Part shown: positions 44,872 through 54,264 of the stretch, piece by piece
Layout: the number at the start of each line of letters is the position of its first letter
How positions within the stretch are numbered: position 1 is the stretch's first letter
Source: a bacterium
GTDB taxonomy: Bacteria > Cyanobacteriota > Vampirovibrionia > Gastranaerophilales > Gastranaerophilaceae
Length of the DNA: 64,000 bases
NCBI GenBank assembly: GCA_017629215.1
Contig: JAGBXP010000046.1
Coordinates: 199 to 64,198 of the forward strand
Direction: 5' to 3'
Notes under the pieces: generated by a model
What the model was told of the DNA's origin: nothing
The model's database searches: none
Seen by the model: the letters and a program-made list of their open reading frames with translations, nothing else
Translations under genes and position numbers: made by a program

Positions 44872-45234
44872 CTAAGCTCTTTCTATATAAGAGGATAAGA
44901 TTAAATTATTTTGATAATCTCCTATTCTTAAACTTTCAGAGAACATCCTATTACATAAACTAAAAATACAATTGTTCGATGCTATGTTATTATATTGAAG
45001 TTCGCTTTGCATGCCTAAAAGTTTGCTTAATTCCATTTTCTGTTTTGGATTACAATGCATAACACTAGGCAAACCCCATCTTGCTAATTTAGAGTTTATT
45101 GCCTCTTGAATAGACTTTAACTTATTTTTGTTTTCAACACAACACTGTTCTAACCGCTTCTTCGTATCACCAAGCTCTTCAATATATCTGTTAGTGTCAT
45201 CTATTCTATCCTGCCAATAATTTGATACATTCAT
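44872..45234 (-). CDS. Hypothetical protein (120 aa)
   Basis: AAAGGAG SD. Divergent from fliC. Confidence 0.5.
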   Translation of the reverse strand: MNVSNYWQDRIDDTNRYIEELGDTKKRLEQCCVENKNKLKSIQEAINSKLARWGLPSVMHCNPKQKMELSKLLGMQSELQYNNIASNNCIFSLCNRMFSESLRIGDYQNNLILSSYIERA

Positions 45235-45419
45235 ATCTCTGCTCCTTTTATATATATAAAGTATGTTTCTAGTAAATAATTGCTTTTTTTTGATAATTTA
45301 TTAAGTTATTTTAAGTTTAATTAATATTTGTAAAATTATTTATAAAAAGACTTTACTTTATTTATATAGTGTAGCAATAATGTTATTGTAAGAAGTATAT
45401 ATCACAAATCTGATAGACA

Positions 45420-45679
45420 AACACAAGGAAAGTATGTTTGTATAAATGTTCTCAAAGGATGAGAGAAGCATTTATAGAAATGTGTAAAAAATCGTTTTAA
45501 CAAACAATAAGGACAAAGTCTATTAGTACAAGGAAAGGTACAAAACAAGAGAGAGTATAATAGCTGACAAGTATTGTCGGCAAAGTGTCAGTGCAGTAAA
45601 CACTGAACTATCAAGCTGTTTATGGAATGAACAGCTTAGAGTGTATTAAGTACGTATCAAAGAGAAAGGAGATCCAACA
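45420..45679 (+). promoter_or_regulatory. fliC 5' leader with five A(A/N)GGA motifs (possible CsrA-type sites)
   Basis: GGA at 45427, 45457, 45511, 45532 and 45668; the last is the SD. Hairpins CAGTG..CACTG and AAGCTGTT..AACAGCTT at 45589-45637. Confidence 0.3.
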
Positions 45680-46693
45680 ATGGCACTCACAATCAACACA
45701 AACATTGCTTCTTTAATAGCTCAAAGAAGTTTGGACAACGCAACTAAAGGGATGAATACCTCTTTAGAAAGAATGTCTACAGGTTATAAAATTAACCATT
45801 CTAAAGACAATGCAGCAGGTTATTCAATTGCAAACAAATGGGAAACTCAATTAGGTTCACTTGATGTTGCTGCTAACAACGCAGCTACAGGTATGGACCT
45901 ATTAACTACAGCTGAAGAAACTTATGCTTTATTAACAAGCCACTTACAACGTGTAAGAGACTTAACAGAACAAGCAGCAAACGGAACTTATGGTTCAGCA
46001 TCATTAAAATCAATTCAAGCTGAAGTATATGCAAGATTACAAGAAATTTCTCGTATAGCTGCGAACAGTGAATTTAACGGTATTAAATTGATGGCATACA
46101 CAGCTACAGGACCTGATGTTGGTGTAACATCTGCAGGTATTAACTTGCAAGTCGGTTTATATGCTGAAGAAAATTCTGTTATCAACTTGAATGTTAGATG
46201 CTTCAAAGATGCTAGTGTAAGTGGATTATTTAGTGGTTTCACAGGTTTATCTACTGTACTGGCTACTGCTAAAGATGCATCTGTAACTGCAGACACAAGT
46301 GAACTTAATTCAAAAGCTGGTATGGAAATGTTTGCAGCAGCTTGTACTGGTTTAAAAATGAAAACTTATAGTGATGCTGACGGTGCTACATTTGTTCTTC
46401 AAGGTGATAGTGGACACCAAGCAAATGCAATGTTAAAGTATATTGATGATGCAATAAATGAAATTTCTGTAAGAGCAACAACCATTGGTGCAGCTCAAAA
46501 CCGTGTTGAATCTGCAATGACAGCTTTAGATGTTCAATCTCAAAATCTAACATCATCATTATCTACATTACGTGATACTGACGTTGCTACTGAATCATCA
46601 AGCTATATCCAACAACAAATACTACAACAGGCTTCTGCTACGTTGTTATCAACAGCTAACCAGTTGCCAAGTATTGCACTAAACTTAATCTAA
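45680..46693 (+). CDS. fliC: Flagellin
   Basis: N-terminus 'MALTINTNIASLIAQRSL...LERMSTGYKINHSKDNAAG' and C-terminus 'QQILQQASATLLSTANQLPSIALNLI'. Confidence 0.95.
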   Translation: MALTINTNIASLIAQRSLDNATKGMNTSLERMSTGYKINHSKDNAAGYSIANKWETQLGSLDVAANNAATGMDLLTTAEETYALLTSHLQRVRDLTEQAANGTYGSASLKSIQAEVYARLQEISRIAANSEFNGIKLMAYTATGPDVGVTSAGINLQVGLYAEENSVINLNVRCFKDASVSGLFSGFTGLSTVLATAKDASVTADTSELNSKAGMEMFAAACTGLKMKTYSDADGATFVLQGDSGHQANAMLKYIDDAINEISVRATTIGAAQNRVESAMTALDVQSQNLTSSLSTLRDTDVATESSSYIQQQILQQASATLLSTANQLPSIALNLI

Positions 46694-46764
46694 GGAAAGA
46701 CTATGAATAAGGATAATTCACAAGAAATTGTGCAAGTTTGTTGATTAGGGTATTATCATAGACT

Positions 46765-46799
46765 GAGGGTGTCCAAAATTTGGATACCCTCTTTTAAAT
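46765..46799 (+). terminator. fliC intrinsic terminator
   Basis: GAGGGTGTCCAAA-A-TTTGGATACCCTC plus TTTTAAATTT. Confidence 0.85.
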
Positions 46800-46835
46800 T
46801 TCTCCACTGAATGTAGGATAAATTATAGAAATAAT

Positions 46836-46862
46836 TAAAGATTTAAGAAAAAATGCCGATAT
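46836..46862 (+). promoter_or_regulatory. Sigma28 (FliA)-type promoter
   Basis: TAAA (46836-39), exactly 15 nt, then GCCGATAT (46855-62). This matches the consensus TAAA-N15-GCCGATAA. It is the only such match I found in the window. Confidence 0.6.
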
Positions 46863-46868
46863 TATTAG

Positions 46869-46941
46869 TATGGAAAACGAAAAGTTTTTCATACCTCCTC
46901 CCCAAGTCTGGTAGCCGTTCTCAAGTGAATGGCTTTTTTTT
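46869..46941 (+). ncRNA. Candidate ~70-nt flagellar-regulon small RNA
   Basis: Lies between the sigma28-type promoter and the terminator AGCCGTTC-TCAAGT-GAATGGCT plus T8 (46913-46941). 5' hairpin GAAAAC..GTTTTTC, then an unpaired 'ACCUCCUCCCCAAG' anti-SD-like tract. The only ORF is 14 codons. Confidence 0.45.
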
Positions 46942-46957
46942 ATGCAATAAAAAAAGA

Positions 46958-47794
46958 TTAAGCGACAAATGTCTTATTTGCATAACTTTCAGCTTTAGCT
47001 ACTCTATTTTTCCAACCATTTAGATATTTTTGGTTTTTAGGATTATTTTTAACAATATTTTCATATCGAGCAATTCTTAAATTTTCAAACTTGTCTAAAT
47101 CACCGTTACTTTCTTGATACATTTTTTCTGCTACGCTAACACCCATATTTACGGCAGTATCAAAAACATATAACGCCATTTTAGCATCTTTAATTTTATC
47201 AGCTCCACTATCTTTGTAATACATTGTATAATAAATGTCTTTTACTTCTTCATCTGTAATATTTTTCACATTTTGCTTAGATAATCCTTTTTTATTCCTA
47301 TAAGAATCATAAGTCGCCTGTTGGATTCCTTTATTACAAGCTTGTCCACCATCATTAGCTACATACCCGCCTTCCATATCTAATACAAACTTCAACATCT
47401 TATCAAAATCACCATCTGTCTGAATAATACATTCTTTTTTTTCTTTTTTAGGAATTTGAGTTTTAACAAAAGTATCCGTATTATAAAAAGATGGAATATT
47501 AGAGAAGTGATCTATTGAATAATCAAAAGTTTGTGGGAAATAATTAAATTGTTGAAAAGCATTATTGTCCCAAATTGATGGGAATGAATTATTAAAGTAA
47601 TTAAAATTATTAAAATTATTAAAATTCTGAAAATTGTTTACAAAACAAGATTGTATTGGGACTGAAAAGTTCAGAAACGAAAAATTTGGGAATGAAATCG
47701 AAGGAAATGAAAAATTCATGAATGAATTTAAACACATTCTATTGAACATTCCTTGAACAAATCCTCTATTAAAATTTTCGCAAAAAGAACTCAT
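46958..47794 (-). CDS. GH108-type peptidoglycan hydrolase with N/F-rich low-complexity N-terminus
   Basis: 'FDKMLKFVLDMEGGYVANDGGQACNKGI' is the GH108 EGGY motif. AGAGGA SD before ATG 47794; the tracked longer start is unsupported. Confidence 0.7.
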   Translation of the reverse strand: MSSFCENFNRGFVQGMFNRMCLNSFMNFSFPSISFPNFSFLNFSVPIQSCFVNNFQNFNNFNNFNYFNNSFPSIWDNNAFQQFNYFPQTFDYSIDHFSNIPSFYNTDTFVKTQIPKKEKKECIIQTDGDFDKMLKFVLDMEGGYVANDGGQACNKGIQQATYDSYRNKKGLSKQNVKNITDEEVKDIYYTMYYKDSGADKIKDAKMALYVFDTAVNMGVSVAEKMYQESNGDLDKFENLRIARYENIVKNNPKNQKYLNGWKNRVAKAESYANKTFVA

Positions 47795-47979
47795 GTTATC
47801 CTCTAAAATAATCCCTATATATATAAAACCTACAACTATATGAAAATTGCTTATTATGTAACAATTTATTAACTCAAATACGAGTTTTATTATTGAATTA
47901 CACACTCAGATACTCAAAACAACTATTTTTTTGATATAATAATTTTGTATTGAAATATATATTAACAAAAGGGAGAGTT

Positions 47980-49860
47980 ATGAATAAAAATCAATCAGTA
48001 GGTATGTACGTTGTTCTAGGAATAATGGTTTTAGCATTTATTTCTATGTTATTTTCAGGTCCAACATCTAGCACTGAAGAAATTTCATATACAAATTTCA
48101 TGCAGAAAGTTGAAAATAAAGAGATTAAGAGTGTTGAAATGTCTCGAGACAGTTTGATTGCAATTCCGATTAAGCAACCAGAAGCTAAGAAATCAGAAAT
48201 ATCTCCTATATATGGCGAAATAAAACCTGCTCAACATCAGTACAAGGTCGCCCTTCCTTCTAATACTGATATTATTCCTCAATTAGAAAAAAATAATATT
48301 GAAATCTCTGTGAAAAAGATGAGTGAATCAAATTCTGTACTTGGCATGGGATCATCATTAATCACTTTATTGCTTGTCCTTGGATTCATAATGCTTATTA
48401 TTAAATCAATTCAAGCAGGTGGAGCTCAAGCAATGTCATTTGGAAAATCTAGAGCAAAAATGCTTATGGATAACAAGGTTAAAACAACATTTGCTGACGT
48501 TGCAGGTATTGATGAAGAGAAAAAAGAATTAGAAGAAATAGTAGATTTCTTAAAACATTCTGATAAATACGTTAAATTAGGCGCGAAAATTCCAAAAGGT
48601 GTATTATTAGTAGGCTCTCCTGGTACAGGTAAAACATTAATGGCAAAAGCTGTTGCAGGTGAAGCAGGAGTTCCATTCTTTTCAATAAGTGGTTCTGATT
48701 TTGTCGAAATGTTTGTAGGTGTTGGTGCGAGTCGTGTAAGGGACTTGTTTGAACAAGCTAAAAAACATCAACCTTGTATTGTATTCATTGACGAAATAGA
48801 TGCTGTAGGTCGTCAACGTGGTGCAGGCATGGGTGGTGGACATGATGAAAGAGAACAAACATTGAACCAATTGCTTGTTGAAATGGACGGTTTTGATGAA
48901 AATACTAATATTATCATCCTTGCTGCAACAAACAGACCTGATATTTTAGATAACGCATTATTGAGACCAGGTAGATTTGATAGACAAATTGTTATTAATA
49001 AACCTGATGTATTAGGTAGAGAACAGATTTTAAATGTCCACGCTAAAAACAAACCTCTAGCTAAAGATGTTGAAATAAAAGTTTTAGCTAAACGTACTCC
49101 TGGATTTACAGGTGCAGATTTACAAAATCTATTAAACGAAGCAGCTCTTCTTGCTGCACGTCATAACAAATCCGAAATTGAAATGCCTGATATTGAAGAA
49201 GCTATTGATAAAGTTATGGCAGGACCGGAAAAGAAAAGTAGAATTATTTCAGACGAAGAAAAAGAAAATACTGCATACCACGAGGTCGGTCATGCTTTAT
49301 TAGCAAAATTACTTAAAAATTGTGATCCATTACATAAAGTATCAATTATTCCAAGAGGAATGGCTTTGGGTATTACACTAACACTACCAGAAAAAGATCA
49401 CCTAACAATGAGAAAACAACAATTGCTAGATAGAATTACAATGATATTAGGTGGTCGTGTTGCAGAAGAGCTTATCTATGGTAAGGATAATGTAACTACA
49501 GGCGCTTCTAATGACTTAGAAAAAGTCTCAGCTCTGGCAAAAAGCATGGTTACTTCGTATGGCATGAGCGATAAGATGGGTAATCTTGCTTATGGAAAAG
49601 AACAAGAACATGTATTTATGGGTAGGAACTTTGGTAACACTAGAGACTTTTCTGAAGAAATTGCAGCTGAGATTGACAAAGAAATAAAAAGAATTGTTGA
49701 TGAGCAATATAATCTAGCGAAGCAATTATTATCTGATAATCGAGATATGCTTGAATATATTTCAAAACAGCTTCTTGAAAAAGAAACGCTAGATGAAAAA
49801 GAGTTTGAAGATATGATGAATGAAGTTCGTTCAAAAAGAAGCTTTGATAATTGGAATTAA
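47980..49860 (+). CDS. ftsH: ATP-dependent zinc metalloprotease FtsH
   Basis: '[15 protein letters not shown]', '[14 protein letters not shown]', zinc site 'HEVGHAL'. Start at ATG 47980 (GGGAGAG SD). Confidence 0.95.
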   Translation: MNKNQSVGMYVVLGIMVLAFISMLFSGPTSSTEEISYTNFMQKVENKEIKSVEMSRDSLIAIPIKQPEAKKSEISPIYGEIKPAQHQYKVALPSNTDIIPQLEKNNIEISVKKMSESNSVLGMGSSLITLLLVLGFIMLIIKSIQAGGAQAMSFGKSRAKMLMDNKVKTTFADVAGIDEEKKELEEIVDFLKHSDKYVKLGAKIPKGVLLVGSPGTGKTLMAKAVAGEAGVPFFSISGSDFVEMFVGVGASRVRDLFEQAKKHQPCIVFIDEIDAVGRQRGAGMGGGHDEREQTLNQLLVEMDGFDENTNIIILAATNRPDILDNALLRPGRFDRQIVINKPDVLGREQILNVHAKNKPLAKDVEIKVLAKRTPGFTGADLQNLLNEAALLAARHNKSEIEMPDIEEAIDKVMAGPEKKSRIISDEEKENTAYHEVGHALLAKLLKNCDPLHKVSIIPRGMALGITLTLPEKDHLTMRKQQLLDRITMILGGRVAEELIYGKDNVTTGASNDLEKVSALAKSMVTSYGMSDKMGNLAYGKEQEHVFMGRNFGNTRDFSEEIAAEIDKEIKRIVDEQYNLAKQLLSDNRDMLEYISKQLLEKETLDEKEFEDMMNEVRSKRSFDNWN

Positions 49861-49965
49861 AGCTTCTAAGCTCAAGCTGCTTAATAATTTGTTCCAAAGG
49901 AACACTTGGAATAATAATATAAATTAAAAATTTAGTAAAATGTGTTCCACCGAAAGGATGAAAAA

Positions 49966-50466
49966 ATGGATAGAGATGAATTGATTTTTCAAGAATACAG
50001 AATGTACGCTGAACAAAAAGAAAATTTTATTGATAGAAATTTTAGGACAAACCGTTTCTACATGGTTTCTTTTATTGCTATAATTTTTGCAATGATATAT
50101 ACAGGAAATGTTGTTTTCATGTCAAAAATAAGTGCAACATTGATTTTTTCATTATTAGGTGTTTTTATTTGTGCTTTATGGTGGATGAATGTAGACTCCT
50201 ATAACACATTAATTAAAATTAAATTTGCAAATGTATTAGAAGTATTAGAGGAAAGGCTACCTGTAAAACCTTTTACTGATGAGTTTAAAGGTATTGAAGA
50301 ATTTAGAAATAAAAATGTGTTTATGTTTTCTGATATTCAAAAAATTATTGCAATATTCGGAGCCTTATTCTTCTTTGCTGTGTTTATTAGCGAGTTATCA
50401 CCTCTTATAGTAAGAATTTTTGAAAAAATAATTTCTTTACTTGGGGCTGTTAAAGGTGGAATTTAA
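49966..50466 (+). CDS. Hypothetical membrane protein (~166 aa)
   Basis: Three hydrophobic helices. AAAGGATGA SD before ATG 49966. Confidence 0.55.
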   Translation: MDRDELIFQEYRMYAEQKENFIDRNFRTNRFYMVSFIAIIFAMIYTGNVVFMSKISATLIFSLLGVFICALWWMNVDSYNTLIKIKFANVLEVLEERLPVKPFTDEFKGIEEFRNKNVFMFSDIQKIIAIFGALFFFAVFISELSPLIVRIFEKIISLLGAVKGGI

Positions 50467-50537
50467 AGTTCTCGAACTGATCAAGAACTTAGTGTTCAGA
50501 TGATCAAGTTGAGCTTAGAATAGCAAGGAGAAAAAGT

Positions 50538-51137
50538 ATGAAGAGGAATTGGAGCTATATAGCATTCTCTTTAGTAATTTTAGTTATATTAACTCTTTTG
50601 GTTCTATACATGCCAGGACTTCGTGAGATTGACATGGAAATTTTAAAAACAATTAGGAAGTTCTTAGGACAATTCCCTAGCTATATTCCAGTCTTTTTTT
50701 CTAACTATGGTGGAGTTGGCAATTTTATATGGCCTCAAATTACAGCTGGAGCTGTTTTAATCTCTCACCAAAAGTATTTAAAAACTTTTTTACTTATATT
50801 TTTCACTCAAGGCTCTTATGTTGTAGTTGATAATATAAAAAATTTAGTATCAAGAGAAAGACCTACAATATACGAAGGGTTTAGTTTTCCTTCTTGTCAT
50901 ACAGTTACAACTACAGTGTTTTATGGTATTATCATTTACTTAATAAATCATTATGTTAGAAGTCCTTTTTGGCGAATAACTTTATCATTGTTATTTGGAT
51001 TTATGATTTTTATGGTTGCATTATCTAGACTATGGCTAGGTGTGCATTTTTTGTCAGACATATTAGCAGGATTATTTTTAGGTTTTGTATTCGTGAATTT
51101 ATTTATTATTCTAGATAAATTCTTTAGCGCAAGATAA
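50538..51137 (+). CDS. PAP2-family phosphatase
   Basis: PAP2 motifs 'SRERP', 'PSCHT' and 'SRLWLGVHFLSD'. Confidence 0.85.
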   Translation: MKRNWSYIAFSLVILVILTLLVLYMPGLREIDMEILKTIRKFLGQFPSYIPVFFSNYGGVGNFIWPQITAGAVLISHQKYLKTFLLIFFTQGSYVVVDNIKNLVSRERPTIYEGFSFPSCHTVTTTVFYGIIIYLINHYVRSPFWRITLSLLFGFMIFMVALSRLWLGVHFLSDILAGLFLGFVFVNLFIILDKFFSAR

Positions 51138-51189
51138 ATAGAATTTCCTCAAATGTTCTTACTAGAATAGCGACAGTTCATTTTTACAA

Positions 51190-51397
51190 TTATAAATCCA
51201 TTACTTCAAACATACTCTTTTCTAAATAAACTTTTTGGTTGATTTCTTCGAGTCCTCCAATAGCATCAATATATGTTTCGATTGGAGCGTTACCTATTAT
51301 TTCTATTTTATGACCTTCTGTTTTTATACATCTTGTGAAATCAATTTTGTTATAAATTGGCTTTCTCGTTCTTTTGGAATATTAAAGTAATTTCCAT
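51190..51397 (-). pseudogene. Possible frameshifted remnant of a ~70-aa gene
   Basis: ATG 51397 gives 'MEITLIFQKNEKANL*'. The -1 frame then continues 'KPIYNKIDFTRCIKTEGHKIEIIGNAPIETYIDAIGGLEEINQKVYLEKSMFEVMDL*' with no start codon of its own. Confidence 0.25.
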
Positions 51398-51450
51398 ATC
51401 ATGATGTTGTAATAAGTCAATGTTTTTACAAAAGTAAACGATAATTTTGT

Positions 51451-51475
51451 AAAAAAAAGCCGGTTAAAACCGGCT
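51451..51475 (-). terminator. Terminator of the rplK-rplA operon
   Basis: AGCCGGTT-TT-AACCGGCT followed by T8 on the minus strand, 8 nt after the rplA stop. Confidence 0.85.
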
Positions 51476-51482
51476 ACAAATA

Positions 51483-52208
51483 TCAACCAACAATTTCTTT
51501 AACTTCGGCTTGAAGATCTTTTGAATTGATCTTAATACTTGGTCCCATTGTTGTTGTCAAATAAATTGACTTAACATAAGTACCTTTTGCAGAAGCAGGT
51601 TTTGCTCTTAATACTGCATCAACCAAAGTTCCATAGTTCTTAACTAAATCTTCGTTGCTAAACTGAACTTTTCCGATAGGACAGTGAATCATACCTTGTT
51701 TATCAGCTCTAAATTCAACTTTACCAGCTTTAGCATCCTTAACTGCTTTAGCTACGTCAAGAGTAACTGTACCAGTTTTAGGGTTTGGCATCAAACCTTT
51801 AGGTCCTAAAACTTTACCTAATTTACCTAACATACCCATACAGTCAGGTGTAGCAATTAAAGTATCAAACTCAAACCATCCACCAGCTATCTTGTCGATG
51901 ATATCTTCTGTACCATAATATTCAGCACCAGCATCTTTTGCCTCGTTTACTTTAGGTCCTTTTGCGATAACGCAAACTCTAACATCCTTACCTAAACCAG
52001 CAGGAAGCACTACTGTTGATCTGATTTGTTGATCAGCATGTTTAACTTCAATACCTAATCTCATGTGGCATTCAACTGTTTCATTGAATTTTGCAACTTC
52101 TTTAGAAATTTCTTGTAATTTTACTAATGCTTCACGACCACTTACAGGTTGTTGGAAATCTGCAAGTAATTCTTGAAGTTTCTTTTGTTTTTTAGTTATT
52201 TTAGACAT
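51483..52208 (-). CDS. rplA: 50S ribosomal protein L1
   Basis: '...[22 protein letters not shown]...[16 protein letters not shown]' and conserved gene order. Confidence 0.96.
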   Translation of the reverse strand: MSKITKKQKKLQELLADFQQPVSGREALVKLQEISKEVAKFNETVECHMRLGIEVKHADQQIRSTVVLPAGLGKDVRVCVIAKGPKVNEAKDAGAEYYGTEDIIDKIAGGWFEFDTLIATPDCMGMLGKLGKVLGPKGLMPNPKTGTVTLDVAKAVKDAKAGKVEFRADKQGMIHCPIGKVQFSNEDLVKNYGTLVDAVLRAKPASAKGTYVKSIYLTTTMGPSIKINSKDLQAEVKEIVG

Positions 52209-52225
52209 TTTCTTTCTTTCCTTTC

Positions 52226-52256
52226 ATGGTATTAGCGGACTATTAAGTCCTTCCAT
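52226..52256 (-). promoter_or_regulatory. rplA leader stem-loop (candidate L1 operator)
   Basis: Minus strand AUGG-AA-GGAC-UUAAUA-GUCC-GCUAAUA-CCAU, directly followed by GAAAGGA (SD). Same architecture as 52721..52752. Confidence 0.4.
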
Positions 52257-52278
52257 TGTTAATTTGTACTAATATGGA

Positions 52279-52707
52279 TTAACCTTCTTTTACAGTTACA
52301 CCCATAGCTCTGCAAGAGCCTTTAATCATTTCTACAGCTGCTTCCATTGTTGTAGCATTCAAATCGTTCATTTTAATTTTTGCGATTTCTTCTAATTGCT
52401 CACGAGTAATTTCAGCAACTTTATTTTTATTAGGCACTGCAGAACCTTTAGAAAGATTTAATGCCTTTTTAATTAGAACAGGAGCTGGAGGTGATTTTGT
52501 TACGAATGTGAAGCTTCTGTCCTCATACACATCAATAACTACTGGAATGATATAACCAGCTTGAGATTCTGTTCTAGCATTGAATTGCTTACAGAAATCC
52601 ATGATATTCACACCATGTTGACCTAAAGCAGGACCAACTGGAGGTGATGGATTAGCTTTTCCAGCTTCTATTTGAAGCTTGATTTTTCCTACTACTTTTT
52701 TTGCCAT
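52279..52707 (-). CDS. rplK: 50S ribosomal protein L11
   Basis: '[34 protein letters not shown]'. Confidence 0.96.
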   Translation of the reverse strand: MAKKVVGKIKLQIEAGKANPSPPVGPALGQHGVNIMDFCKQFNARTESQAGYIIPVVIDVYEDRSFTFVTKSPPAPVLIKKALNLSKGSAVPNKNKVAEITREQLEEIAKIKMNDLNATTMEAAVEMIKGSCRAMGVTVKEG

Positions 52708-52720
52708 TTTTTTCTCCTTT

Positions 52721-52752
52721 CGTGGTACTAACGGGGGGCGACCCCTTCCACG
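52721..52752 (-). promoter_or_regulatory. rplK leader stem-loop (candidate L1 operator)
   Basis: Minus strand CGUGG-AA-GGGG-UCG-CCCC-CGUUAGUA-CCACG, directly followed by GAAAGGAG (SD). Confidence 0.4.
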
Positions 52753-52803
52753 TATTTGTACTGTTTGATTTGGGTAGAGATTTTAACCTCTTTTTATTTA
52801 CCC

Positions 52804-53406
52804 TTATAATTTTTGTATTTGTTTATATTCTAACTCAACTGGAGTTTCACGTCCAAAGATAGAAACCATAGCTCTAAGTTTAGCTTTATCAGGATATACT
52901 TCTGTAATATCACCAACAAACTCTGCAAATGGACCAGATGTAATTCTAACTTTTTCACCAACCTTAATATCCATTTCAACTTTCTGAACTTGAGCTGTTG
53001 ATCTATGAATAATCTTTTTAATTTCACTTTCTTTTGCTGGAATTGGTTTTTTAGCAGAACCTACAAACTTTGTAACCCCAGCTGTATGTCTAACAACATA
53101 CCAGCTATCCTCATCCATAATCATTTCTACTAAAACATAACCTGGGAAGATTTTCTCTTCTTTTTCCTGTTTTCTTCCAGACTTAATCTGAGTAACAGTT
53201 TTTTGAGGCACTTCAACTCTGAAAATTTTATCAGCCATATTCATGTACTCAATACGTTTTTCTAGATTGCTCTTAACCTTGTTTTCATAGCCAGAATAAG
53301 TATGAACTATATACCAACGTCTTTGATTTTTCTTATCAGAAGCTTTTGAAACTTCAACTTCTTCCATCATTTCTTCGTTTACAAGATTTTCGTCTTTTTC
53401 ACTCAT
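52804..53406 (-). CDS. nusG: Transcription termination/antitermination factor NusG
   Basis: 'RWYIVHTYSGYENKVK' NGN domain and C-terminal KOW 'GEKVRITSGPFAEFVGDI'. Confidence 0.95.
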   Translation of the reverse strand: MSEKDENLVNEEMMEEVEVSKASDKKNQRRWYIVHTYSGYENKVKSNLEKRIEYMNMADKIFRVEVPQKTVTQIKSGRKQEKEEKIFPGYVLVEMIMDEDSWYVVRHTAGVTKFVGSAKKPIPAKESEIKKIIHRSTAQVQKVEMDIKVGEKVRITSGPFAEFVGDITEVYPDKAKLRAMVSIFGRETPVELEYKQIQKL

Positions 53407-53444
53407 TATTCTTACCCTTTATGGTTATAAATATTAACTTGCAA

Positions 53445-53645
53445 CTAAAATTTAGACAATAGCGCATTGAAAATTATATCTACAAAATAAATAAATATCG
53501 TAAATACAAATACAATTGCAACAACAAAAAAAGTTTCAACTACAACCTGATTTTTCTCTGGCCAAGTAATCTTGCCCCATTCAGTTCTTACGCCTCTAAA
53601 ATAAGTAGTCAAACTATTTTTTAAATTTTGAAAATTGTCATTCAT
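53445..53645 (-). CDS. secE: Preprotein translocase subunit SecE
   Basis: 66 aa, 'VRTEWGKITWPEKNQVV' plus a single C-terminal TM helix. Position between tRNA-Trp and nusG. Confidence 0.88.
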   Translation of the reverse strand: MNDNFQNLKNSLTTYFRGVRTEWGKITWPEKNQVVVETFFVVAIVFVFTIFIYFVDIIFNALLSKF

Positions 53646-53701
53646 TTACTTAGTTACCTTATAGCACTGTCAGAGAACCTGACTTTATATTTTATTAAAA
53701 T

Positions 53702-53774
53702 CGCGCCCTGAAGGACTCGAACCCTCGACATCCGGTTTTGGAGACCGACGTTCTACCAACTGAACTAAGGACGC
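53702..53774 (-). tRNA. tRNA-Trp (anticodon CCA)
   Basis: Hand-folded: acceptor GCGTCCT/AGGGCGC, anticodon loop CTCCAAA, T-arm GAGGG-TTCGAGT-CCTTC. Confidence 0.9.
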
Positions 53775-53827
53775 ATAATCAAGTTAATAGGTTAGAATAT
53801 TAACTTATTAACTTAACTCTTGTTAAC

Positions 53828-53995
53828 TTACTTTGTTTCCTTGTGATTTGTATGTTTCTTACAAGTTGGACAGTATTTAGAAAGTTCTAATCTGTCTTTG
53901 ATATTCTTTTTGTTTTTTACTGTTGTGTAATTTCTTTCTTTGCAATCTTCACAAGCAAGAACTACCATTCTGTCATTTTTACCTTTGATACCCAT
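53828..53995 (-). CDS. rpmG: 50S ribosomal protein L33
   Basis: 55-aa ORF below the track cutoff: '[55 protein letters not shown]' (CxxC...CxxC L33 pattern). Confidence 0.9.
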   Translation of the reverse strand: MGIKGKNDRMVVLACEDCKERNYTTVKNKKNIKDRLELSKYCPTCKKHTNHKETK

Positions 53996-54211
53996 TTTTA
54001 GTTCCTTTATATTACCTTTTATTTAATTATTAAATTGTCAAACTGATTAATATTATTGGATTTAATCCATATTACTCATTTGGTATCGCTTTTTAAGAGA
54101 GAATGTGAAAACTCACATTCTTTATTTAATCGGCGTATGATAGTTATAATATAATAAACATTATTAAAATGCAAATAAATTGTGAAGTTTTTTTAATTTA
54201 ATATAAATCAC

Positions 54212-54254
54212 ACAAAAAACAAGGCGAGTTTTTTAAACTCGCCTTGTTTTTTTA
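54212..54254 (-). terminator. adhE terminator (bidirectional hairpin)
   Basis: AACAAGGCGAGTT-TTTTA-AACTCGCCTTGTT flanked by A6 and T7. Confidence 0.85.
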
Positions 54255-54264
54255 TCTTAATAGA

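Noticed and set aside
54093-54114. Hairpin AGAATGTGA-AAAC-TCACATTCT between adhE and rpmG as a terminator.
   Set aside because: It is oriented like a plus-strand terminator, but no plus-strand gene feeds into it, and on the minus strand it lacks a U-run. It was left unannotated.
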